Source: Takakia lepidozioides
Taxonomy: Eukaryota; Plantae; Bryophyta
Direction: 5' to 3'
DNA length: 64,000 nt
NCBI GenBank assembly: GCA_030704615.1
Contig: CM060731.1
Location: 10,292,001 to 10,356,000 of the forward strand
The notes beneath the pieces were generated by a model. The model made no database searches. It had not been told where the DNA came from and worked only from the letters and a program-made list of their open reading frames with translations. This document shows, piece after piece, positions 38,426-50,516 of this stretch. Position numbers and translations under genes: made by a program. Each line of letters starts with the position of its first letter. Position 1 is the stretch's first letter.

Positions 38426-39957
38426 CACATGGCCGCTCTGGCAGTTTAGCCATTTCTCCAAGGGGTTTAGCCACGCCAAGCTAGGGTTTGTGTCTCTTGG
38501 ACTCTAGGCTTCTTTCCACCGAGCTATGGTGGCTGTGAGGAAACCAGCAAGGTATCCTTGCTCTTTCGGCTCCCACACACCACCATAGTAGCCCTAAGCC
38601 ATGAGGTGGTTGCCACAAACCAAGCCTTCTTTCTCACTTAGCCTCCCCAAACACGCCACTAAACTCAATGGCAAACAACCAAGCCCTGCTGGTTCCCAGC
38701 CCTTGTGAGCACTCATTCAAGCACTCCCCTCATTGGCCATAGCATCTGTCTTAGAGCCTATTCCAGCCCTCTACACCTGTTGCTTCAAGAGTTGCGCTCC
38801 CTTCAAGCTTGAAGTTGAAACCCCAACTCACATAGGCCCTACAAGTGCTGTTCTTTCACTCCAAGTGGAAACCAGCCCTAGACCTTCCGTTCTAGCTCTC
38901 TAAGCTTGAAAACAAAGCCTCAATGGGCTGAAGGCATGCTCCACACATGCCCCACTCTCACCATAAGAGAATCAGCTCCTTTGCTTCATTTCTTGCACCA
39001 CAAACCTGATAATACAAGCTTCAGCAGGCTGAAAGCATGCTCTACATGCCCTACAGGGAAACCAGCCCCTTCCTTCCTTTCTTGCACTCCCACACCTAAA
39101 AGTGCAAGCCTTCACCAGGCTAATAGCATGCTCCACACATACATTGCCCTCACATAAGGGAAGTCAGCCCTTCCCTCTTCCTTGCTTGCCCTCCAAGCTT
39201 GAAAATGGAAGCTTCAATGAGCTGAATACATGCTCACACATGCAACCTCTTCACACAAGAGATATCAGCCCCCTATCTTGGCTCCTTGGCTCCTTGATGC
39301 TCTCTAAGACAAGACTAAGCACTCCATAGCCTTTGCCAAGCTCCTGAAACCTAAGGCTTACATTTCCAGCCACAAGACACTTCTCTTGTGGTGCAAGAAC
39401 TCTTCTTCCAAGCTCTGAAACCCTAGGTGCACATTCCATGGCCTTGCCGCACCTCTTAGCTCCTGTTCCAGCCCTGCTCTTGCCATGACAAGAGCCCTCT
39501 CAATGCTGAAGCTCGAGATTGAAACCCAATCTCACCATACTCCACAAAGTGCACTGATTTGCCCAAGCAAAATCAGCCCTTTCGCTTGGTCTTGCAATCC
39601 TTCACACAAATGAAAGCTCGCATTCCCAAGCCAGTTCTCAGCTTTGCCACAAAGCCACTATAACCTGCTCTTGACTGGTCCTCTCCCAATCGTGCTTGCT
39701 CATGCATGTACACAATCTGGAACCATCAAGGTGCTCTGGAATTACCTGCAGCATGGTGCTTTCATCTCTGAAGCTGAAAGATCAAATGCCAAAGGTCTAC
39801 CACCTCGTAACCCACATCGCCTCTGCTTCTAACAACTAAGAGCTCCACGGTGCTCCTTGCATAACAACTTGGTTTCTCTCATTCTCAAGCAAAAACCACA
39901 AGTGCTACAACTAACTCGTATCCGGCACTCACAGATACGAGCTGATCTTTCTCGAGT

Positions 39958-40284
39958 GATAAAGAAGAAGAATACAAGCACAAGCTCATGCGAGCTCACA
40001 AAGCTGAAGCATAAACTCATGCATATATAACCTCATCACTCAAATACAAGTCAAGCCAAGTGCCCCCCCACGCCATGGGGAATCCACACTACGGCGCCAT
40101 AGCTAGGCGCGGTGAGGCTCAACTCGAGAAAGATGAGCCTCCCGCGCTTGCCGTGAAGATAACCACTCCAGGGCCTAAATCTGCCTTGACCCCTGGATTG
40201 ACACTTGGGCCAATCCCAAATGTCAATATGTAAAAGCTAGCTATTTCCTAGCTAGTTTCACACTAGTGGTAAAATAACTTGACA
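39958..40284. repeat. Repeat X, outer copy (327 bp; element 5' terminus, LTR-like)
   Basis: Sense strand starts TGTCAAG; near-identical to 28184-28509. Confidence 0.95.
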
Positions 40285-43200
40285 GATACTCTTGACACTC
40301 CTGTCCATATCATTAAGGGGCATGATTGTGAGCGGTCGCTCTTGGGTTGTTTCCATTTAAGAAAAGCTAATCTCCATGATTATGGAATATGTATATAGTA
40401 ATTTGTTCCGTAACATGCATTTTGATAATATTTGGCCACTATTCTTGTGACTATCATTGCATATGAGCGAAGACCAAAATATTTACTAAATTGTGGTATT
40501 TCCCTTCAGCAAACAAGCTACAAACAAGCTGCTAGTCGTGTATGGCTCATCCTTCTTTATGGTGGATTCTACTTTCATCCATATAATTCATCCATTTATT
40601 TCTCATAAGTTGTTCAATAACAAAAAAATACATATGGGAGTGTTACTTGGGGAAGGCACACCATGGATGTAGTTGTCCGCGATGAAGATGATGGACACAT
40701 GGGGAAGGCACAACAAGGGCTTTGCAAAATTTCTACGCTGATGTGTAGTCTCCTCTTTAGAAAAGGTAAGCAATTAAACAGAGAAATTTAAGGCAATGCA
40801 CATAGATACATGACATGGATATATGCAATATTGACCCCACAAATAGAGCTGGCTATCTGAAGTATCCATGCAAGTATTCCCTAAGCTTTTAAATGCAAGT
40901 TGCATGTTGCATTTGTAGTAAAGAATATGTACCTTTACGTCAAACATAACCTCAAATGGCTTCAACTTGATGTTGGTGGTGTTGAGGGTGTTGTCAATTG
41001 ACATTGTTGTATGTTTTCCAACTTGATCCTTCTTAACGGCTTGCCTACTTGCAATTAGCATGTCATGGTTTTAATCATGGTTAACTAGAATTACCTACTT
41101 CTAGTTAATTATGACATTTTGGATATTTATATTTGTATATGTGTGTTGGGATTTCATTTGGTTTCATATGCCAAGTGAGGTGACAACCAGTGTTGGTCTG
41201 GTATCTCGGTTTCGCCGGGTATCAACCCGGGCATCAACCCAGGTATCTCCTAACCTAACCTACCGTTCTATGTTCCGTAAACATTCGTTGTACCCTACTA
41301 GAAAGTTCTCGAGTTCCCTGGCGGCCCCCCAAACCCTAACAGGCGACGGTAAGGGTTCTCCTGTCCCCGCCATAGCTCGACTCGTCGCTGCAAATATGTT
41401 CGGGTATCATGCTGATATGCACATATAGACTATAGACATTATGATGCAGGGTTTCATGTATAATTGTATGGGGTTAGTATCCTATGAGATGAGCAGGTTT
41501 CCCTTGTGCTCATGCCACCCAATCTCTATGATGTATGAGGGCCAGTGTTTTTTTTCTTGGCGAAAAATCGCCAAATGGCGACCTCAAAAAATTAAAATGG
41601 AATATTCTTTCGTAAATTCCCAATTTTTTCATGGATGAAATCGCCAAATTTCTACAAAGATAAAATAATAATGGATGAATTTGCCAAATATGTATGATAT
41701 AAATGGATGAAAGTACACAAGAGGATGATTCTATCCAAATTTCAATGGATGAACAGAATATATAGCTATTTATTGTAAAATTGAATAGCCATTCGTGCTA
41801 TTTTTCAAATTCAAGAAAAAAAATCACTGATGAGGGCTATCAAAATGGCCATTTCAATATTGAATTTGAATTTGAATACTAGTAATCCACCTGTTGGAAG
41901 TCATTACAGTGTTCACCTTCCCACCGGAAGGCAGTAGCCCTATGGGGTCAAGTGACACCATAAGTTATGTTTGCTTCGGCAACGCGTCCACCTTTGAATA
42001 CTAGTAGCATTTTTATTTTTTTATTTAAAAAAAAACCATATCCGAGTTCATATTTCCAGGTTATTGACATTCAGATACCATTGCTCATCTCTGGATTGAT
42101 TTTTTTTTCTTAAACCACCTATGCATACCAAATTCATACTTGAAAAAATTAGGGGCTGCATTATTGGAAAACCTACCTGCCTTAAAAACAAATAGCATTG
42201 CATACCAGGACCCTTCTAGTATTTCCAATTCAAGATACCATACCAATACTAGTGACAACTCACTTCGGACATGAGGATACATTTTTCCCCTTATGAGGGT
42301 TGATGAGACACATTTTTTTATAGTGATAAGACATGAGAATTGAGAAAAGTGGAAGACAATGAAAACACTCAAAACATGAAAGCAATCACATTAAGAGGAA
42401 ACCTAGTCCCTCCAAGTGAAAATCCACTCTATCACATAAATTATGTTAAGTTAAGGGCACCTTTGCTAAAGGAATCCACCCTACAAAGCCCTCAACATAC
42501 TCCCTCTCAATACCTAGAGCTATATGGAGGTGAGAGAGGCATGGAAACGATGGTTAGGTGCGCAACAAGCGTCAACAGTTAGTGTGAAATAAAATATGGC
42601 GAATCATGCCCCATTTACAATTAACTTATGGTTTTCAGCTCAGTTTAGATTATAAGTACTAATTGAACATGAATAAAACGTGGAAACATATCTTAACAGT
42701 GTGAAACACATCCAAGTTTAAAGATAATTGGATTGAAAAGAAGCTAACAACTAGAGAGTGAACGATGAAGAATATTCAATGACCTGAAATAGTGGAGGAG
42801 TGAGAGTGAGAGTGAGAGTGAGGTGATAAGAGCGAGAGAAGAATGTGGCCCGTGGTATTGAAGGAGTGAGAGCAAGTGAGGGTTGAGGGTGGCCTGAGCA
42901 AAAAACATAGTGACGCTATGGTGTGAGCCTGCTCATGTTAACCTAGTTTAGTGGTATGAGTTATAATCTGGTTTAGTGGTCTTATGTTAGAGGCCCTATT
43001 GACCTACGTAACGATACCTAGAAATTCCGCCGGCGAAACCCCGATACCTTGATTTATTTCACTGGCAATACCCAAATACCTTGATTTATTTCTTTGGCAA
43101 AACCCGTTTGCCTCATTATATGAAATTGTTCAATTATTGTTTGGTATTTGTGTGTTTTGGATGGTGTTGGTTATTGTACTCTTTTTTTCCCTAATGTGTT

Positions 43201-43454
43201 ATTCTTTTATAGGACACCAAAGCTGTAAATGTGTGGAACTTGGAGCTTGTAGATATACATTATGGGTGCATATTTTGCATTGGGGTTTAGGGTTTAGGGA
43301 CAGAAATAGGGACAGAAACCCTATTACGTGCGGCGTGTCTCTATATCCGCCAATGTTTTATTCCATTTTGAAAACATATAACTCTTGTCACCGCAGTTTA
43401 AAAACATAAAACCCCCATGACCGTGGGTTGTGCTCCCGTGCTCATGATTGAAGA

Positions 43455-43640
43455 GTGGGTATTTTCCAAAGAATGGAATTTTTCAATTGGATACCCAAGG
43501 GTCATAAAGCGTTTGAAGGATTTAAAACGTCATTGATAACTGCACCTATACTTAAGATTGCAGACCCAAATCTACCTTTTGAGGATCACATTGATGCATA
43601 TAGGAGCTATGTTTTACCAAGATGGACATCATATTGCGTA
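43455..43640 (+). mobile_element. Ty3/Gypsy RT-RNaseH connection fragment
   Basis: FNWIPKGHKAFEGFKTSLITAPILKIADPNLPFEDHIDA. Confidence 0.7.
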
Positions 43641-44616
43641 TGGAAATCAACCACTAAGGTGTAATGAGCGCGAGCATCTACACAGCAACAGCGCACAAAT
43701 GAACACGGAGTCACTTAGGGGATGAAGCATGTGTTAAGTGAAAGTCGGGTGTGGCCGCCTACATTGTTTTCTCTTCAGCTGCAGCGGCATGATGAGATCG
43801 CATTGGACTGAAGTTTAGTCTCTGAACAAAAACCTCCTGTAGGTCTCTATAACCAGATCAGTCAGCTGGGCATATGTTAAAACTTCGCTGTAGCTATGTC
43901 CCAGGAGTGCAGATACTCAATACAATTTGGTAAGGGACGAAATGTCCAAAGGGGAATGTCAAGGGCATGCAGAGCTGAGGAAGGCAAGCATCACTCTACA
44001 GCTTGAAAGGACCAAAGCTACATGACCTACCCAGTACCTGCATGAGACACTTGCATGATTTATTTTCAGAAATCAAGCATGCAGGACAGCGCTGTCAAAC
44101 AAGAATAGATTTGATGCTGCTGCATGTCCAGATTTGCAACCAGCAAAGCACTAGTAATATTCCTCTATGATAAGTTAGGTTGCTGCTGTTTTTTTTTCCC
44201 TTTTGTGTAACTTTCTGGGCTTTACTCTGATGAAGGTAGCGTTAAAAGATAAAATGTAGCCCTAAATCCCAGCTTTCCAATCCTAGCATGCTGCCAGCAG
44301 ATCAAAACGAGATTTGTTATGAATTTTAGAAGTCATTCAAAGCAGCTTTTTTGGATGCCGGGCTACAGAATCTCGCTGCCCAGCTGCCCAAATTTGCATC
44401 CGTGGGCACTGTTTTAGGGAACACCTTGTGGTCCTAAATCAGGGTTTTGTCACCGGATCTCTCTTCTCTAGATGCTCGATTTGTGAGTTGATCTGTGGGT
44501 TGAAGGTGAACATATCATGCTGAAGATATCATGTCCGACACACCCCAAAATCAGGTGAGTCAAGGATTACCAAGCCGAGCCTCTACAAGCCCCTCATTCG
44601 AAATGAGATGGCCACG

Positions 44617-46340
44617 TTACGACTTCAACTTCCTCTCCAGTCTTCTTTTCTGCAATATCAACGTACAAACAAATGAAATCATTCAGTAAAGATGTCACCC
44701 TCCACCCTGTTGTGAACACCCATTATGACCTCTCTGGGAGCCTTAGTTTTGAAGTATTAGTTCTTTGTCTATTGCTGTGTAACTCGATCTATGTTCCCCA
44801 TCTTTCCCGTCCCCACTTAGGTCATGCTCACAGCATATGTTCAAACTTCTGCACATAACTTCATGCACACTGTTTCCCTGATCCTTTCCACCTATCTGGA
44901 GCATTTACATGCTTGTGTTGCCATTGCCTTTGCTAGAATGCACAAGGAATGTGTCATAACTTTAACAAGTCTAAAAGTGGTTTGGTTTCCATGTGGAAAT
45001 CACAAGTCTCCAACTGTGCCCACAATCCAAGCAACTAACTTGCAAAGGAAAATTCAAAGCACATCACCTTCATGTCTGCAAGCATTTGAGGCATTTTCTC
45101 CATGAGCTCAGCTGTCCTTGTTCGCCTGTAGCATGCCAGTGACAACTTTACTTATGACACCATCCTCTGGAGCTTCATGCTTACCAAAGATCTCCTAACC
45201 AAGGCACAACACCCAGTGGACACCTCCCCAGCTTGGATCCCCCCACAGCAACATTCAGGATAATAAAGCTGGCAAGTGAGATGCGATGAACTGCTGACAA
45301 GCAAGCAAATGTCTGAGATTACAACACAAGGACTTTTCATGGTGTTCAAATATGCACCTGCCATTAATCAAGGGGCAAGTTCAAATCTCTTTAAGTACAA
45401 TGAGGTGCCCGATCTTTGTTGAGTATCATTAATCATCTCTCGAAAGAAAGAAAGAAAGAATGGAAACTTCAAAACGTCCCCAGGCAGCTCAAAGAGACAA
45501 AGGCAAAACAAGGCAAACACAACAACCAACCACCACAATCATAAAACTACCAGAATAGATGTAGAGAAATGTGCATCGATGACATTGTTTGGATGTGAAT
45601 TTCTACCTTGCACTGAATTTCAGTGTCATCCGCTACTACAGACAAAATGCAGGGGCCCCAAGCTTGAAAAACAAATTAAAAGTGCATACTTGAGAGCTGC
45701 CTCGCGGTCAACTTTGTGACCCTTCATCCGGGTCTTCTCTGGCTTCCTTGGAGCATCATATGGCCATTCTCTGCACCATGCTGCTGCTTAGCGAATTCTC
45801 AAGATGAGCGAAAACATCTCCTATTTGGCAAAGACTCTGTTTCAACAGAACAGCTCCTTGACTTAACCATTGGGTAACAAAAACTTTACAGACGCGGAGC
45901 CCCTTACCCCCTTTTTATGTCTTCTCATCTGTTTCCCCCGCTCTAACGGTGTGCCTGCACTGATCCGTGGAAAGTGGCAGGCTAATGCTGACAGCATGGT
46001 GCTTTCTGAAAGGATGCCAGCATTCTATCAATACTCGAGTGCTGTAACCAGATTGTCATCAGCTTTGGGCATGCTATGGCAATCTGGCGAAAACCCATCT
46101 CTTCTACCGAAACTAGGTATGAATCGCACAATCGCTGTCTCTCCTTTATCTCTCCTCATTTCTAGCAAGGTATTATTAGAGGAAGTCTGCCACAAACCCG
46201 CCAGACAGCAGAGTTTCTTTACGAAGACGAGCTCGGTGGCGGGCGCTAATAGCAACAGGCGTCCACCGCCCATTCGCCCAGTAGCCGTGCACGCCCTTGG
46301 CAAGCTCACTGGCCCATTTTGCTAGTCCTGACGCCGCCAT
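44617..46340 (-). CDS. Mitochondrial ribosomal protein mL59-like, 4 exons
   Basis: Spliced product MAASGLAKW..GRWTPVAISARHRARLRKETLLSG/EWPYDAPRKPEKTRMKGHKVDREAALK/RTRTAELMEKMPQMLADMK/KRRLERKLKS*. The KGHK and MPQML motifs are typical of mL59/MRPL25. Confidence 0.85.
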
Positions 46341-47361
46341 TGCCTCCACTTCCAAACTCCACAATTCCAAGCTTCTGCTATCACATGAAATGCGGGGAAA
46401 AGATCTTCCGCACCTCCTGACCAGCACGAGAAAATTCAAATGACACACATACATTTGCAACAAACACCACAGACTGGGGAGTCTAGGAAAGGATCGGAAA
46501 CAGTTCGTAACAAAACGGTCGAGTCTACACACAAGATTGATCGTCCCAACCCGGCAAAACACAGTTTGGTTTAGCCAATTCTCTTAAGGAATTTAAATTA
46601 GACTTTAGATGTGGAAAATGTGGCCACATTTCTCACTTAGAAAAACAATCCAATGGCGAAACGAGTTTGGCCAGCTGAGCTCCATGTCAACCCTAATGCT
46701 GTCGTGCCCTTCTGTCTCTTGCCCTGCGCACGTTGCGTCCCGTGTCACTGATTCCTTGCTGGTGGGGAATGGTGTTAATGCTTGATCATGGCTTTCTTTT
46801 CTTTCTTTTGGAACCCTGTAAAGCTTTATTTACAAACTGACATGAGGTAACTGTACAAAGGATGGAAAGTTCCCATAGCAAGGGAAGATTGAACATAAGG
46901 AATGAAAAAGAAAGCGTAGCAAGCCAATCAAACCAAATGATCATCCCATCCAACTGCCTAAATCACATCAGACAAAGAAATGGGTGTGACATCGGGAAGA
47001 GCAGAAAGATGCGACGGAGCCATGCCAGCTACAGTAGTAGCCCGATGCAAAATGGACATGGCCTGTGCCCTCTGTAGAGCTACGAAACCGTTGTCTATAG
47101 AGTAGGTTTTGAACGGAAGCCAGAATAGGATCTACTATCTGCGAAGACTATCTGTAAATGTGCAAGTTGGAATAAGAAAGTGGCCTGGCTGAAAGCAAAT
47201 TGTGGACAGGGACTGAAAAATGGCATGGTCATTTCAAGAGCTGTGCCTCCGTCGTGGGATTTCGTGGTTTGCTTTTGAAACCTTGGCTTTTCTGTTCGTA
47301 GACTTCTTCCTAGTTTGCTGATAGTTTTACTGAAGTGGCGGGGGAAGCCTATGGCGTGATC

Positions 47362-48390
47362 ATGGATTCAAGATGGAGTGGCTTGCCTTTGGATTTGCAA
47401 GAACGAGTGCTTGCAAGGATACCAATTGCTTGCATATATCGATTACGCTCAGTCTGTAAGATCTGGAACACAATATTGTCTTCTTTCAATGTTCTTCGCT
47501 GCTGTGTTGAACGCTCCCTTGAAAGACCAACTTTGTTGGTTCTAAACCCAGCCCTATTTGCAATCACATGTTTTGATCCTCTCACAAGCAAACTGCATGC
47601 TATTGGGATAAGATCGCTTCCAAAAATCTTGGAGGTGGAGGCAACAGCTGCGGGGCTATGGTGTTGCAAAGCTTATGTGGAAGAGGTTACGAGGTGTATT
47701 GTGTGTAATCCTGCAACCAAAGCTTGGGTGCTACTCCCTTGCACTGGTTTGAAAGTTGTGAAGACAGTTATGGTGGTTGATCGAAGCATCCAAGCATTCA
47801 AAGTAGTCAAAACATTACAATTACCTGCAGAGACGGACACCAGTCAATTGACTGTAGAGGTGTATGACTCGAAAAGCAAGCGCTGGACCATGGTTGGCAC
47901 TATGCCTCCACGCACAATATTTGGTTCAATAGTTGTATGCCAGGGTCATATGTACTCGTTGGGGGTTGGATTGCCATTACATGCTGTAGCATTTCACTTA
48001 ACGCTTGGTACCTGGAACCGTATTTCATTACCATCGGACCGAGGAGTTCTTCAGTTGATCGAGCGGGATGATCAGTTGTTTTTTCTCGGCTACGATGAAG
48101 ACATGTTTACAATTTTTGTATGGAGGCTGGAGCAAGTGACGATGGAGTGGATGGTGTATACGACGATGCCAATATTACCAGGGGACTTTCTGAGCAACTC
48201 GTATATGAATCTTGTGGCTGTCATCAGTGGCAACTTCCTGTACTTGGCCTCTCCTAGCATAAGAGACAAGTTGGTTGCTTATGATTTTGTCCAGGGATTG
48301 TGGGGATATTTGCCAATGTCTCCTCTACTTCATATTTGGACTAAGTCATATGTTTGGGGATATGATCCTTGCTTGGATGGTCCGTGGTGA
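47362..48390 (+). CDS. F-box protein with kelch/FBA-like beta-propeller C-terminus
   Basis: WSGLPLDLQERVLARIP..RLRSVCKIWN F-box; IVCNPATKAWVLLP, VEVYDSKSKRW; uninterrupted ORF. Confidence 0.9.
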   Translation: MDSRWSGLPLDLQERVLARIPIACIYRLRSVCKIWNTILSSFNVLRCCVERSLERPTLLVLNPALFAITCFDPLTSKLHAIGIRSLPKILEVEATAAGLWCCKAYVEEVTRCIVCNPATKAWVLLPCTGLKVVKTVMVVDRSIQAFKVVKTLQLPAETDTSQLTVEVYDSKSKRWTMVGTMPPRTIFGSIVVCQGHMYSLGVGLPLHAVAFHLTLGTWNRISLPSDRGVLQLIERDDQLFFLGYDEDMFTIFVWRLEQVTMEWMVYTTMPILPGDFLSNSYMNLVAVISGNFLYLASPSIRDKLVAYDFVQGLWGYLPMSPLLHIWTKSYVWGYDPCLDGPW

Positions 48391-49245
48391 ACTATCGGGA
48401 AATTCCTGTGATACTATCACTGTGTCGTGGTGCTCTCCTAAACTGGTGAGTGGGATCATTCTTCCATTCTCCACTTTTTCAGTCAGAGGGAGTTGCATCA
48501 TTTCCACTTGAAAACTCACCCTCAAAATGGTCCCGCTGAAAGTTCTTGCTAGTACAGCACATGGTTGTCCAATTCACAGTTGACTTTGTATTTGAGAGAG
48601 AAGCAGTCCAATACAATCCATCATGGTGAGAAAGAAGAATGACTGGACTGCTGCACTTGGCAACAGCTCATGGCCATTCCACAGTTCTGTCGATGCAAAA
48701 TTTGCGTGTTCAGAAGCTTCCCCCCACCAAAATTCTAAAGAACGAATTTTTACCAGTTGGTTTTATGTCTAGACTTGGCGAGCCCTGACTAGCCTGTACC
48801 TACAAATGAACTGCAATGTAAGCAAATCCGTTGACTCCCCAGGTCTTGCAGTTCACAATTGTGACATCAATTCTTTCTCAACCCAGTAAAAGTTTGAAAG
48901 AAAGCCATCTGCTAGTTGTCAATACCAGGGAGAGTGGTGCAATCTTTGTCTTGCTTTCTGGGTGCACAATGACAGGTCATGTAAGATTTGAGAAATTCTC
49001 TGGGGAACAGGACAAGCATGACCAGATAAACCCTTCAGGTATAGCCTGCTTCAGGTCAACCGGACCAACACATGAAGAATCAGTTCAGTAGGATTCGGTG
49101 CACTGTTGTTCTCATTTGTACAGGAGTCCTTAATCCTAGATTTTTTTCCCTTTTTACCTCACCTTATGGCAGGTGTGCTGATTTTCGGGTCACTAAATGT
49201 AGAAACTTCCTAGCATAATCCTGCAATAATCCAGTACAATAATTC

Positions 49246-49785
49246 ATGGAGTCCTTGCCTGTTTGGTCCTCCCATGAACAGGATGCTGCTGCGACTTATG
49301 CGTTGCTCTCAAACATCTATGCTGCAGCTGGCAGGTGGGATGATACTGCAAAAGTGAGAAGAATGATGAAGGTCAGAGGGGTTAGAAAGGAGCCAGGTCG
49401 CTGCTGCATTGAGGTTGGCAACAGGGTGCACACCTTCGTTGCAGATGACAAGTTGCATCCCAGAATAAAGGAAATCCATGCTGAGCTGAGAAGATTGTCT
49501 GGGCAGATAAAGGAGGCGGGGTATGTGCCTGACACGCATTTTGTATTGCATGAAGTGGGGCAGGAGGAATAGGAATTTTTTTCTTTGCCACCACAGTGAG
49601 AAGCTGGCCATTGGTTTTGGGCTGATCAGCACGACCCCTAGGACGCCTCTCCGTCTCATCAAGAATCTTCGAGTGTGTGGTCACACCTCCACCAAATTCA
49701 TCTCAAAGATTGTTGGCCGAGCAATTGTTGTACGGGACACTAACCGCTTTCACCACTTTGAAGAAATGTGGGGATTACTGGTGAA
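49246..49785 (+). pseudogene. PPR E/E+/DYW fragment
   Basis: [48 protein letters not shown] (DCH deleted), RDTNRFHHF; premature stop. Confidence 0.88.
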
Positions 49786-50303
49786 AGGATGTTTTCTTGG
49801 AAAGATGCGAGTGTCTTGCTTCATTCATTGATCTGTGTAGCTACTCAGATCATCCACCATTGCCTCAGAGTATTGACCATGATGTACTGTTGAGTGCATT
49901 TATGTACTGTTGAGTCATAGAGGATTGGTCATAGATGCCTATTCGGTCATAGGCCAACTTCCCGTAGTGTTTTGGATGGAAGGCTAGTGATGAATTGAGA
50001 ATCCCCGGAGTTCTCGACGTTGATCTTATAAGGTAAAATTGGGGGGCTCTATCGTGAGCTCACAACCTTGTTTTTAAATACAAAACCTCCCACAAGACGA
50101 TTACATGGCTGAACTGCCCCAGAGCTTTGACTCGGGAGACACAAGAAACAACGACATAGTCCAAAGTCCACCTTCCCCGTCCCCAATGGACCGGACTCCT
50201 CAACCTCTGCTTTCCCCAACAGTCGTGGAGCTTGCCAGGCGTTGGTAGGTGTCCATGAGACATGTTTTGTGAGCACTTTTGCTTGGGTCCCACTTGAGGA
50301 TAG

Positions 50304-50516
50304 ATGTTGCCACATGTTCAGCCATCTCCACATTGCCATGGATTCTGCAAGCAGGTCCATCATGCAGCCAAAGTGCTTTACTATCGGAGTGACACCATGA
50401 TCTTGACTCAGGGAATCAAAGTAGCATCTTCCTTCATTCAGTCGGCCAGTGTGGTTGCATGCAGAGAGAACACATATAAAGGTGATACTGTCCGGCTTCA
50501 AGCCGTTCTTTTGCAT
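50304..50516 (-). pseudogene. PPR fragment
   Basis: KPDSITFICVLSACNHTG..YFDSL..HFGCMMDLLA. Confidence 0.85.

Larger units (their letters stand above)
28040..40284 (-). mobile_element. Ty3/Gypsy-like DDE-integrase retrotransposon with split direct repeats, carrying a C5-DNA methyltransferase and a PHD finger
   Basis: TGTC...GACA termini; GATA TSD at 28036-28039 and 40285-40288; empty-site paralogue at about 25180-25220; gag-PR-DNMT-RT-RH-IN-PHD on the minus strand. Confidence 0.93.

Noticed and set aside
36424-38484. Long plus-strand ORFs (535 and 558 aa)
   Set aside because: They result from a stop-free tandem repeat open in several frames and antisense to the element; not credible proteins.
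28040-40284. DIRS/Ngaro/PAT classification
   Set aside because: The repeat layout fits, but the element has a protease, a DDE integrase and a TSD, with no tyrosine recombinase. Its methylase is C5-type, not the DIRS adenine type.
40060-40284. Hammerhead or HDV ribozyme in repeat X
   Set aside because: No CUGANGA/GAAA core or HDV pseudoknot recognisable by eye; reported only as structured sequence.
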